Below are positions 1 through 9,485 of a stretch of 32,000 nt of DNA, piece by piece. The DNA is from Telmatocola sphagniphila (lineage in GTDB: Bacteria; Planctomycetota; Planctomycetia; Gemmatales; Gemmataceae). The stretch is taken from positions 2,970,001-3,002,000 of the forward strand of contig NZ_CP074694.1 of assembly GCF_018398935.1 (NCBI RefSeq), in the 5' to 3' direction. Both the position numbers and the translations under genes were made by a program. Each line of letters opens with the position of its first letter. Within the stretch, counting starts at the first letter, position 1. Below the pieces are notes generated by a model, which was given only the letters and a program-made list of their open reading frames with translations, ran no database searches and was not told the origin of the DNA.

Positions 1-1007
<1,007 letters not shown>

Positions 1008-1011
1008 CCGG

Positions 1012-2088
1012 TCAAGTTTTCCAGAAGCGGAGGAGATCGCGCCGCAGAAAATGCCAGAGTCCCTGAATCATGAGCCGGGTCTTTGCGGCTTTTTCTTCCC
1101 GGCGAGTGAATTTTCGCCAGGCATACTCCGCCAGCTTGCAGGCCAGATGGACCGGGGCATCGAGAGTGACGACCAGTTTGTAGAGGAGAATTGAAATTCG
1201 GTTCGCCCCCGTCTTCCGGAAGAAGTGAATGTAGCCGATGACCACATTGGGAGCGGCGAAGGTCACGTTCAGGCGTGAACTGATCCGTCCGTAATGGGTG
1301 ATCTCCACTTCAGGCAGGTAGTAGACCGCCCGATTTTTTCCGACACGAACGGAAAGTTCCAAATCTTCACCGCCAAAGCGAAAATCGGGATCCCAGCCGC
1401 CGAGAGTTTTATAGATCTCGCGGGGCATCACCACGGCGGCCCCCATGAGAGCATCGACCCGTTTCAATTCGTTCGATTCAAAACTGGTTCGCCGGTAATC
1501 GTAATAGACCCGTTTCAGCAGGCCCGACCAGCGAAAGACCATCGTCCTATGAAGCAGTGCCGCCACAGTCGGTTTTCGGCGATAGCTGATTTGCAGTCGG
1601 CCTTGCGGATCCTGGATGCGCGGGCCGATCAGGCCGGCTTCCGGATGAGCTTCCGCGAAATCGACCAGCCGGGCCAGTGTTCCGGGCGGAATGATCGTAT
1701 CGTTGTTCAGGAAGAAAAGGTATTTGCCTTTGGCCCGGTCTGCCGCTTGATTGCTGGCGATGGCAAAACCGCGGTTGGTTTCATTTCGAATCAGGCGGAC
1801 TTGCGGAAACTCGTCTTCCACCATCTCGGCCGCACCATCGATCGAGGCATTATCGACGACGATGACTTCGAAGGGAACGCCCTGATCGAAGCCATGCAGG
1901 GAGGCCAGGCAGTCGGAGAGGTATTGCTTGCAGTTCCAGTTGGGTATGCAGACGGAGATAACTGCCGGGGCAATCGACTGAAGCGCGGATTGAGATACTC
2001 GATCGTGAATCGATCTAGGAAGCTTTTCGGTCGGCCAGGGAACCCGGACGTGCAATATCTGAGCCGCGTTATCGGGAGTGACTTCCAT
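1012..2088 (-). CDS. Family 2 glycosyltransferase (GT-A fold)
   Basis: 358-aa ORF with the typical GT2 N-terminal core: ISVCIPNWNCKQYLSDCLASL, FEVIVVDNASIDG, NRGFAIASNQAADRAKGKYLFFLNNDT (DxD-like NND) and a later GGEDLELS motif. Confidence 0.9.
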   Translation of the reverse strand: MEVTPDNAAQILHVRVPWPTEKLPRSIHDRVSQSALQSIAPAVISVCIPNWNCKQYLSDCLASLHGFDQGVPFEVIVVDNASIDGAAEMVEDEFPQVRLIRNETNRGFAIASNQAADRAKGKYLFFLNNDTIIPPGTLARLVDFAEAHPEAGLIGPRIQDPQGRLQISYRRKPTVAALLHRTMVFRWSGLLKRVYYDYRRTSFESNELKRVDALMGAAVVMPREIYKTLGGWDPDFRFGGEDLELSVRVGKNRAVYYLPEVEITHYGRISSRLNVTFAAPNVVIGYIHFFRKTGANRISILLYKLVVTLDAPVHLACKLAEYAWRKFTRREEKAAKTRLMIQGLWHFLRRDLLRFWKT

Positions 2089-2182
2089 GTCCTTCGACGC
2101 CGTTTCTTCAGGAGACTAAAACGACTTTGTAACCGATCGGGAAAATTCCCGCAACGGCAAGATTTTGGCGTCCTTAACTCTT

Positions 2183-3334
2183 TTAACCCGCCTTATGTCG
2201 AGCTATCCCTTGTTGCGAATAGCCATAACGGTCGATCACTTCTTTCCAGTGAACCCCGATATCGTGGGCATCTTCGGGATGGAGCTTGTACTGGTTGGTG
2301 GAATAGGAGGCGTTCTGCTGGAGGTAGGTTTTCAAACGCGGGACCAGATTTTCGAATCCATCGAGAGACAGGGTATCATAGATTTTCCGCATCTGTTCAA
2401 TCGGGCTGGCGATCAGTTCCTCGTAGCGCAGTTCGTGATATTGTCCACTTGGGATGAGCGACTTGGTCTCATCGAGCCGTTTGTAGAGATGAATAAATCG
2501 TTTGAAAACCCGCTCTTTCAGTCCAGGGTTGCAGGGAGTTTGAAAGCCGTGCTGGCGGCTGATCGTGGTCCAGAGATGCATAGTCGACGGAAATACATCA
2601 TAGGGGTTGCGAACGATGTGCACGAATTTCGCCTTGGGAAACATCTCTAGTAGCGTAGGAATCCGACAGCTGTGGGCGGGAGATTTTAAGACAAGTCGGC
2701 GAGAGTCGCGGAGCGATATAGTCTTCAGAAAATTTAAGAGGGCGGCTTTCCAGTGGGTCCGTTGCCGCGGCGTCAGATTCGTGAGATCGTATGCTTCGGG
2801 ATCGATTTCCTCGTTATTGGGAAAAGCAATCTGAAGGTAAGGCGAAGGTTGGCCCATCATGCAGAGGGCAAACTCGTCCTCCTGCGGCCGGTCCCAGCTG
2901 ACGGCCATCTGGTCCATGGGCCGTATATCGCCGATCATCCATTTGAACCACCTCTTCATAATACTGCCCGTGAGCAGGAAGTGGTTGGGATCCATGCACT
3001 GGTGGGTGGTCGGGAAGTTGTGCTGCGGATCGAGAATCATGAACTCGTGCAGCAGTGTGGTGCCGGTTCGCCAGTGGCCGATTATGAAAATCGGGTCTTC
3101 CCGGAGCCGGGTGTTCTTAATGGCCTGACCGTAGATCAGGTTTTGCAGAATTTTGAAAACGGAGTGCCCGATACTGACGGGGGTGAGTACCCCGACCATG
3201 TGTCGGTAGCCATTGTCAAACTGAAAGCGTCCTTGCAGCATCAACCGGAGCCAGGCCCACGCGTCGCACCCCAGCCAGAATCGAGGGGTAACCAGATCGC
3301 GTTGTGGCTTCCGGGCTTTGCCGTCATCGCTCAT
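2183..3334 (-). CDS. Sulfotransferase family protein (PAPS-dependent type)
   Basis: PAPS-binding loop motif IIGHWRTGTTLLHEFM, followed by LVLKSPAHSCRIPTLLEMFP and FVHIVRNPYDV (3'-phosphate-binding region). The ORF is open to 3481. I prefer the ATG at 3334 (MSDDGK...) because GGAG lies about 10 nt upstream; the start is uncertain. Confidence 0.85.
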   Translation of the reverse strand: MSDDGKARKPQRDLVTPRFWLGCDAWAWLRLMLQGRFQFDNGYRHMVGVLTPVSIGHSVFKILQNLIYGQAIKNTRLREDPIFIIGHWRTGTTLLHEFMILDPQHNFPTTHQCMDPNHFLLTGSIMKRWFKWMIGDIRPMDQMAVSWDRPQEDEFALCMMGQPSPYLQIAFPNNEEIDPEAYDLTNLTPRQRTHWKAALLNFLKTISLRDSRRLVLKSPAHSCRIPTLLEMFPKAKFVHIVRNPYDVFPSTMHLWTTISRQHGFQTPCNPGLKERVFKRFIHLYKRLDETKSLIPSGQYHELRYEELIASPIEQMRKIYDTLSLDGFENLVPRLKTYLQQNASYSTNQYKLHPEDAHDIGVHWKEVIDRYGYSQQGIARHKAG

Positions 3335-3540
3335 TGAAATAGGTCTCCAGACAGAAAGAGTTTGTATTTCTGCCGTTGGGAATGTCTTCATTCTTACTAA
3401 CTTTCTTTCCTTCCAAACAAATTCCATACCCAAAATTCTGCTAATTCCAGGAAAAGCGAGACGCCCCTTGCCCTGCTTCATAGAATCTAATTACTTGATT
3501 GAAGTTGGACGCGAATCCTTCCGAATATCAATACATAGAT

Positions 3541-3615
3541 CGCGGCGTGGAGCAGCACGGTTAGCTCGCCAGGCTCATAACCTGGAGGTCACAGGTTCAA
3601 ATCCTGTCGCCGCAA
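3541..3615 (+). tRNA. Initiator tRNA-fMet (anticodon CAT), no encoded CCA
   Basis: Hand-folded cloverleaf: acceptor CGCGGCG/CGCCGCA with a C1xA72 mismatch, D-stem GAGC/GCTC (A11:U24), anticodon arm CCAGG-CTCATAA-CCTGG, T-arm ACAGG-TTCAAAT-CCTGT, discriminator A. It is very close to the E. coli tRNA-fMet sequence pattern. Confidence 0.93.
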
Positions 3616-3626
3616 TTCCGCTAGTA

Positions 3627-3652
3627 CCCTCGGAGGTTTCTCCGAGGGTTTT
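3627..3652 (+). terminator. Rho-independent terminator after tRNA-fMet
   Basis: Perfect 9-bp stem CCCTCGGAG / CTCCGAGGG with loop GTTT, followed directly by TTTTCCATTTTC. Confidence 0.75.
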
Positions 3653-3691
3653 CCATTTTCGTCTTTGATTTTTTTGCTGCTATCGGTCACC

Positions 3692-3991
3692 ATGGCTGCC
3701 ATGACCTCCGTTTCCTCCTGGCGAACATTTCGTAACAGCCGACGAGAAGCCTGCTTCGTTTTGGCCGTGTGGCTCGCCGCCCTGCTTTGGACCTTGATCT
3801 ACTGTTCCCAGCACGCATACCAATCTCAACCGATTTTATCCAGATCAGAGCTGATCTTCGGAGTACCTAAATGGGTATTCTGGGGGATTGCGGCACCCGC
3901 TCTCGCATGTTCGGGAATCACTTTGCTCTACGGACTTTTTGGCATTCAGGACGACTTTCTGGGCGACGAACCAGAGGATACTCCGGAATGA
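3692..3991 (+). CDS. Small two-TM membrane protein (DUF997/YhdT-like) coupled to the symporter
   Basis: About 99 aa from the ATG at 3692 (track ORF begins at an upstream TTG, 3665). It has two hydrophobic helices (ACFVLAVWLAALLWTLIY, WVFWGIAAPALACSGITLLYGLF). Its TGA stop overlaps the symporter ATG (ATGA at 3988-3991), matching the yhdT-panF type arrangement. Confidence 0.6.
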   Translation: MAAMTSVSSWRTFRNSRREACFVLAVWLAALLWTLIYCSQHAYQSQPILSRSELIFGVPKWVFWGIAAPALACSGITLLYGLFGIQDDFLGDEPEDTPE

Positions 3992-5604
3992 TCTCAGCCC
4001 TTACAACCGAAAGCTGGCTCGTTCTTACAGCTTTTGCGGGCTATCTCCTGGGCGTAATCTTCCTCGGAATATGGTCGCATCGGCTCGTCAAAAAAGGCAA
4101 CTTCGTCAAAAACTATTTCGTCGGCGGCCGAAAGCTGGGCGCCTGGGTTCTCGCGCTGTCGGTAGCGGGCACGGCAATTAGCGGCGGGACATTCACGGGC
4201 TTTCCGGCCCTGATCTATACCAACGGCTGGGTCATGGCTCTCTGGATCGCCAGCTACATGGTCGTGCCCCTGACCGCCATGGCACTGATGGGAAAACGGA
4301 TCAATCAAGTCGCCCGAGTTTCGGGCTCAGTGACCGTGCCGGATGTCTTCCGGGATCGCTTCGACAGTCCCGCACTGGGTCTGACTTCCACGTTGCTGCT
4401 TTTTGGATTCCTCATTTCCAACATGGTCGCTCAGTTCAAATCGGGGGGACTGGTTCTGAAGACGGCTCTCGGCTTGCCGAAAGTGGCTGTGGAACTTCCA
4501 CTGCTGGGAATCTTTGAGGATCGCGCCTATCTCTTAGGCCTGGCGATTTTCGCAACCACTGTTGTGGCCTACACCAGTTTCGGTGGGTTCTGGGCCGTGA
4601 CCTGGACGGACGTTCTGGAAGGATTCGTCAAGATCATCGGAGTGTCGCTTTTAGCTTTCCTGGCAATCCGATCTGTGCAGGATGTGACTCTGGAGAATGG
4701 CGAGACGCTGACGGGTTTAGCGGCCGCCACGAAGCGACTGGAGATGCAGAATCCGGAATTGGTCTCGGCTCCGGGCCCGAATAACTTTCTGCCTCTGTCG
4801 CTCGCTTTTTCCTTTTTCCTCATGTGGTCGCTTTCAACGCCCGGCCAGCCTAGCGGCATGGTACGGCTGATGTCTTTCAAGGATTCGCAAAGTCTGCGGA
4901 AAGCCATGATCGTGGTTTGCGGTTATTACGCCGTCACCTATTCTTCGCTGGTCATTATTTTCATCTGCTCGCGGGCGATCTATCCAACCGAATTTCTGAC
5001 CAATGCCGACAGTGTCATGCCGGAGATGGCGCGCCGACTGGCGCCGCATCCGCTGATTGCGGGTCTACTACTCGCTTCGCCCTACGCGGCGGTGATGTCG
5101 GCTGTCGCGGCCTTTCTCCTGATGATTTCCTCGAGCCTGGTTCGCGACATTTATCAAAGAACGATCGACCCGGCGGTGCCCGATAAAGTGGTGAAGCGAC
5201 TCAGCTACACAATGACAGCTCTGGTGGGTGTTGGCGTGATGATAGCCGCGATGCGCCCGCCCGATTTTCTTCAGTATCTCATAGTGTTTGCCGGCAGCGG
5301 CCAGAGCAGTTCCTTTCTCTTCCCCATGCTCCTGAGTCTTTATTGGAAGCGGGCCACGAAACAAGGCGTACTTGGCGGCATGCTGGGAGGCGCCTGCACC
5401 ATAATGGCCCTCTATTTAACTGGTTGGATGTTTAACGACAAAACGATCTACAAAGCGATCGAACCGTATTATCTGTTCGGCTTCGATCCCCTCGTCTGGG
5501 GCTTCAGCGTTTCAGCCATTACCTCTATCGGTATCAGCCTGCTCACTCGTCCCGACCCGAGGCTGGTCGAGAAGTATTTCCCGCAAAGAACCAGCGATAG
5601 CTAA
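3988..5604 (+). CDS. Sodium:solute symporter family (SSF) transporter, PanF-like
   Basis: Multi-TM protein with the SSF N-terminus MISALTTESWLVLTAFAGYLLGVIFLGIWS..YFVGGRKLGAWVLALSVAGTAISGGTFTGFPALIY. I prefer the start at ATG 3988 (ATGA overlap with the upstream small gene) over the track start at 3871, which would overlap that gene. Confidence 0.9.
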   Translation: MISALTTESWLVLTAFAGYLLGVIFLGIWSHRLVKKGNFVKNYFVGGRKLGAWVLALSVAGTAISGGTFTGFPALIYTNGWVMALWIASYMVVPLTAMALMGKRINQVARVSGSVTVPDVFRDRFDSPALGLTSTLLLFGFLISNMVAQFKSGGLVLKTALGLPKVAVELPLLGIFEDRAYLLGLAIFATTVVAYTSFGGFWAVTWTDVLEGFVKIIGVSLLAFLAIRSVQDVTLENGETLTGLAAATKRLEMQNPELVSAPGPNNFLPLSLAFSFFLMWSLSTPGQPSGMVRLMSFKDSQSLRKAMIVVCGYYAVTYSSLVIIFICSRAIYPTEFLTNADSVMPEMARRLAPHPLIAGLLLASPYAAVMSAVAAFLLMISSSLVRDIYQRTIDPAVPDKVVKRLSYTMTALVGVGVMIAAMRPPDFLQYLIVFAGSGQSSSFLFPMLLSLYWKRATKQGVLGGMLGGACTIMALYLTGWMFNDKTIYKAIEPYYLFGFDPLVWGFSVSAITSIGISLLTRPDPRLVEKYFPQRTSDS

Positions 5605-7192
5605 GTAGGCTACCGACGTACAAAAGGCTGAGCATGCCAATCTGCATAAGGCTCAGTGCCACAACGGTGGTGGAAACGCCATAATGCATCTGGTTGAATA
5701 GTTCCTGAGAAAAAGGAGTGCAAGCCGGCGTCTCAACGATCTTCCCGGTACTCACTTCACCAAACGACAGCAAAGAAATTGCCAGGATTCCCAGAAAGAA
5801 TCCCGATCGTACCTGCGGCCAAGTGATTTTTCGCAGCCGCCAGCTTCTCGAGACTCCTTCGAGGCGGGCAGTCTCCAAGATTGCGGGAGGGATCGCGCGG
5901 TAGAGGCTGTACTGCAGGGCCAGGGCAATCGGTAAGAACTTGATGATATGCACCCATATCACCGGCAGCACGGAAGGGCCATCGTAAAGTAAAATTTGGA
6001 GCGGAGCATTCCTCCCAGCCATTCGTTCTTCCAGATCGCAGAGCCAGCTGAAGAACGCCTTCGCCGAAAATCCCAGAACCGGCCCTGGCAACGCCATGCA
6101 AAGAACCGAAATGAAAAATACCAATTTCATTCGCCTTGAGCGTTCTTCAGCTCCATTCAGTAACAGTATCGCGAAGACACAGCAGCAACCTGCAGTTAGG
6201 CAAGAATAGCCGGCACTGGAAAAAAGACTCAGGCTGTAGGTCTGCCAGACGCGCGAGAAAGTTTTACTCAACTTTACCGACTGATCGGTTTCCGCCCGGC
6301 TGTAAAACTGGTTTATCAGTTCTGCAACGGGCGCGAGTAGTAGGATTGCAAAGAAGAGTGCAAAAAGGAATATTTTCCAATTCGATCCGTTCGAAATCGG
6401 TTCATCGGCTCGGAGTACGCCGGGCTGCCAGCGAGGGAATCTCCTGGCGGTCGCGATGAAGAACCCGCCGATCAGCAAAGTCCAGGGAAGCGTCCGAATC
6501 GCTTCCTGCGCGAGATCTACCCCTAGCACTGCTTGAGTATAAACTTCCTCTGCAAAGGTCCGAACGACCATGATATCGGTTACGACGATCTCCGTCGAAA
6601 CTTGCAGTACACACCAGACGCCGGCGAATCGGATGGCCGGAATCAAGAGAGGAAGAAGAAGCCGATAGCTGGTGTTTCGCACAGTTCCCAAAAGCGAGAT
6701 TTCTTCGCGCATCGCGTCGGGGACTGATCGCAGCGACTGAACGAGAATGAACGTTGCCCAGGGAATTAGATGGACGCTGTGGATGAGGGCCGCGATCCAG
6801 ATGCCTCTCTTCCAGGGTTGCCAGATTTCGTTGCCCGGCAGCCCCAGGTGACTCATTAGGAAACGCATTAGGCCCGATTTTTCAAAACTCGATTGCCACG
6901 CGGAAGCAAGAAACGGAAGCGGCAAAAAAAGGCAGAATCCCAGAAACAGTTCGACGATTCGCCGTCGTCTTTCCGGCAAGCCGTACCATTCCAGGGCTAA
7001 AAAAACACTCAGGGGTAATGTTAAGATCAGAACGAGGCCGGCCAGTCCAAGCGTGTTGAGCAGCAGCTCAAATAGACGCGGCCATTCTGAGAATTCGAGG
7101 ACAGGGGGATTTTTGAAACACTCGTAGACCAGTGGAGAAACTGGTCCGACCACAACAAAAAGATAAATAGCGGCCAGCAGTTTTTGTGGCAT
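5543..7192 (-). CDS. Fused two-domain ABC transporter permease (FbpB/ThiP-like architecture)
   Basis: 549 aa and highly hydrophobic. It has two EAA-loop motifs: EEISLLGTVRNTSYRLLLPLLIP and ETARLEGVSRSWRLRKITWPQV. No ATPase or binding-protein gene is adjacent in this window. The 3' end overlaps the convergent symporter by 62 nt. Confidence 0.8.
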   Translation of the reverse strand: MPQKLLAAIYLFVVVGPVSPLVYECFKNPPVLEFSEWPRLFELLLNTLGLAGLVLILTLPLSVFLALEWYGLPERRRRIVELFLGFCLFLPLPFLASAWQSSFEKSGLMRFLMSHLGLPGNEIWQPWKRGIWIAALIHSVHLIPWATFILVQSLRSVPDAMREEISLLGTVRNTSYRLLLPLLIPAIRFAGVWCVLQVSTEIVVTDIMVVRTFAEEVYTQAVLGVDLAQEAIRTLPWTLLIGGFFIATARRFPRWQPGVLRADEPISNGSNWKIFLFALFFAILLLAPVAELINQFYSRAETDQSVKLSKTFSRVWQTYSLSLFSSAGYSCLTAGCCCVFAILLLNGAEERSRRMKLVFFISVLCMALPGPVLGFSAKAFFSWLCDLEERMAGRNAPLQILLYDGPSVLPVIWVHIIKFLPIALALQYSLYRAIPPAILETARLEGVSRSWRLRKITWPQVRSGFFLGILAISLLSFGEVSTGKIVETPACTPFSQELFNQMHYGVSTTVVALSLMQIGMLSLLYVGSLLSYRWFFAGNTSRPASGRDE

Positions 7193-7200
7193 GGTCTACC

Positions 7201-7227
7201 AACGAGAAAGCCCGCCTTGAGGCGGGC
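7201..7227 (-). terminator. Hairpin plus T-tract between the beta-propeller gene and the permease gene
   Basis: Minus-strand GCCCGCC-TCAA-GGCGGGC (perfect 7-bp stem) followed by TTTCTCGTT. It sits in the 44-nt gap, only about 9 nt before the permease ATG. Confidence 0.5.
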
Positions 7228-7236
7228 AATTTTAGA

Positions 7237-8829
7237 TTAATTCTTATTCGGGTCCGCGTCTTTCTTTTCCGCTTCATCCTTCTTGGCATCGTCCTTTTTG
7301 CTCTTGGGTTCCGGTGCCTTTTTCTCAGGAGGTTTGGGCATTTCCTTCTTGGGTTCCGGAACAACGAAAGTTTCGACGACTGGTTTCGGCGGTTCTTTTT
7401 TAACTCGAACGGGAACGCGAATGTCTTTATCTTCCAGACAGACAATTTTTCCATTGCTGTCCGCGAGGATCAAGCGATCATCCTGATCATTGGAGTAAGT
7501 AATGTTAAGCGTACCGAGACTGATGCTCGAGAGGTCGAGCCCGCGAAGGCGATCCACCACGTGCAGTCGATTCTTGCTATCGGCGGCATAAACATACTTG
7601 GAGTTGACGGCTAGAACTTCATCCCCTGGCACTTTGGCTAAGTTCATTCGCACGCTACCACCAGCTGGCCAGACAGTCTTGCCGGTTCTGCGATCCAACC
7701 GCCGCAACCCGGCATTCCCACCAACCACATAGATTGAATCTTCCGTCACATAAGGAGTCTTAAGAACTTCTCCCCCCGCAGGTTGCCTCCACATTAAAGC
7801 CCCGAGCTTGATGTCGTAAGCATACAAGTAGGTGTCGGCAGTAGGGATGTAAATTTCGAACTGGTCCAATCCCAGCCCGGCGGTGATTTCCGCATCGGTT
7901 TTGAAATTAAACTTGCTATCCGGACTGGTGTTCGGGGTCATGTAGATGTCCCCAACCTGGCTGGGAAGGACGATGGTATTCACCGCTTGCACGCTAATCA
8001 CAGGGAAGGTAATCCGATAGCGAACATTCCGGGTCCAGATCTTTTCGGGTTCTGTACGATCCTTGTTCTCGGAGAGATCCGACAGAGTACTAAGGTTATT
8101 CACCATTACGATAGAGGGGGTGGCATTACCACCTTCCAGGGTATAGGGTGGATAAACCTTATGGGTGACCGACAGCGACGGGCTACCGTCAATGCCTGGA
8201 ATTTTGAAAGGAGGTCGCAGACTTTGTAGCACCGAAATTGAAGGTGTTCTATTCCCCGAAGAGGCCAATTGTTCGAAAACTCCGACAGAGAGGGTTTCTT
8301 GAGTGCCGCGGGCGGCCTCTTGCGGGATATTGCGAATCGCAGTATGGCTCTTCAGATCAACGAACTTATACGCCACGACTTTATTGGTGATCAGCGGTAT
8401 GAATACCCGGTCGCTATCGGCCGTAGGCCCGGACGAAGGAATTGCTCCTAGTTCCACGTTAAAGAGCACTCGGCCGGTTGCGCGATCGAGAAAGATCAGG
8501 TTTGTGGAGTTAATGAAGAAGACGATTTTTTCGTTAACGGCCACCGGATAAATCGCTCGCCGTGGCAACGGAGGATCATAACGCCATACCTGGGATCCCG
8601 ATCGGACATCCAATTTATATAAGATGCCCGAGGCATTCTGTACGAACAGATCGTTATCGAAAAGTTGAATCTTCTGAAGGCTGTCCGATCGATTTTCGAT
8701 GGGAACGAAGGCCGTCCAATTTTGGCGGAGGTGCAAACGATCCCAATCCGCTGTTGTAGGCGTCGACTGGGCATTGACCGAAGAGAGTATGAGACAACTG
8801 GCGATAGCGCTGAGAATTAGCCGTTGCAT
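7237..8829 (-). CDS. Secreted PQQ-like (BamB-like) beta-propeller repeat protein with Lys/Pro/Glu-rich C-terminal tail
   Basis: Signal peptide MQRLILSAIASCLILSSVNAQ from the ATG at 8829 (track ORF begins at TTG 8862). Repeated blades: ILYKLDVRSGSQVWRY, LIFLDRATGRVLF, LYAYDIKLGALMWRQ, LRRLDRRTGKTVWP, LHVVDRLRG. The tail is KKEPPKPVV..PEPKKEMPKPPEKKAPEPKSKKDDAKKDEAEKKD. Confidence 0.8.
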   Translation of the reverse strand: MQRLILSAIASCLILSSVNAQSTPTTADWDRLHLRQNWTAFVPIENRSDSLQKIQLFDNDLFVQNASGILYKLDVRSGSQVWRYDPPLPRRAIYPVAVNEKIVFFINSTNLIFLDRATGRVLFNVELGAIPSSGPTADSDRVFIPLITNKVVAYKFVDLKSHTAIRNIPQEAARGTQETLSVGVFEQLASSGNRTPSISVLQSLRPPFKIPGIDGSPSLSVTHKVYPPYTLEGGNATPSIVMVNNLSTLSDLSENKDRTEPEKIWTRNVRYRITFPVISVQAVNTIVLPSQVGDIYMTPNTSPDSKFNFKTDAEITAGLGLDQFEIYIPTADTYLYAYDIKLGALMWRQPAGGEVLKTPYVTEDSIYVVGGNAGLRRLDRRTGKTVWPAGGSVRMNLAKVPGDEVLAVNSKYVYAADSKNRLHVVDRLRGLDLSSISLGTLNITYSNDQDDRLILADSNGKIVCLEDKDIRVPVRVKKEPPKPVVETFVVPEPKKEMPKPPEKKAPEPKSKKDDAKKDEAEKKDADPNKN

Positions 8830-8984
8830 GGATGCCCCTGTGCCGGGTCGGATGTCAATCAAGCGTCAACTTTCAAAGATACCCGCGATTTTGTCATAAG
8901 GGAAGCAGCATTTTTACTCAGACTATTGGAGGTCTGTCAAACGCAACGATCTTACGGTTTAGACGCTTTATCCGGCCCGCGGTT

Positions 8985-9485
8985 TCATTTTTTTCCCAGA
9001 CGGCGCTTCGATTGAAAGAAGTCGCTGAGTAGCCCGGCACAAATCTCGGACATCACATGACCGAGCACCTGACATCGATGGTTCAGTCGCGGGTCACTTG
9101 TAATTTGATAAAGAGTTTCGCAGGCTCCGGCTTTAGCATCCGCCGCTCCAAAAATGACGTGCGGAATTCGAGCCTGCACGATCGCCCCGGCACACATCGG
9201 ACAAGGTTCGAGCGTTACATAGAGCAGGCACTCATTCAAACGCCAGGAATCCAAAGTCCGGGCTGCCTGGGTGATGGCGATCATTTCCGCATGTGCCGTG
9301 GGATCCTTAAGTTGCTCGCGTTGATTGTGGGCCTGGGCGATGATGCCCCGCTCCGGATGAACGATGACGGCCCCGATGGGAACCTCGTCCTCATCGGCCG
9401 CGATTCGAGCTTCCTCGATCGCCTTTTCCATGTGGAAAACATGAAGCGGATGTCGAGGATCGCTCAAGGCAATATCGAAGATCAT
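8985..9485 (-). CDS. tadA: tRNA-specific adenosine-34 deaminase TadA
   Basis: 166 aa with the CDA zinc motifs HAEMIAI and [13 protein letters not shown] overlap (9482-9485) with the upstream gene. Confidence 0.93.
   Translation of the reverse strand: MIFDIALSDPRHPLHVFHMEKAIEEARIAADEDEVPIGAVIVHPERGIIAQAHNQREQLKDPTAHAEMIAITQAARTLDSWRLNECLLYVTLEPCPMCAGAIVQARIPHVIFGAADAKAGACETLYQITSDPRLNHRCQVLGHVMSEICAGLLSDFFQSKRRLGKK

Noticed and set aside
1294-2457. 387-aa plus-strand ORF
   Set aside because: It lies entirely antisense to the well-supported GT2 and sulfotransferase genes. Its sequence is Arg/Gly/Ser-rich with no motifs, so it is a shadow ORF.
3505-3532. Candidate promoter for the tRNA (TTGGAC-N15-TATCAAT)
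   Set aside because: It is positioned plausibly, with the -10 ending 8 nt before the tRNA 5' end. However, the spacer is short and the -35 is imperfect, so it is not reported as a feature.
3318-3668. 116-aa plus-strand ORF
   Set aside because: It reads straight through the tRNA-fMet gene and its terminator, so it is not a plausible CDS.
3871-3987. N-terminal extension of the symporter ORF (track start 3871)
   Set aside because: The extension would overlap the small membrane-protein gene and is Arg/Gly-rich junk. The ATG at 3988 gives a typical SSF N-terminus and an ATGA coupling junction.
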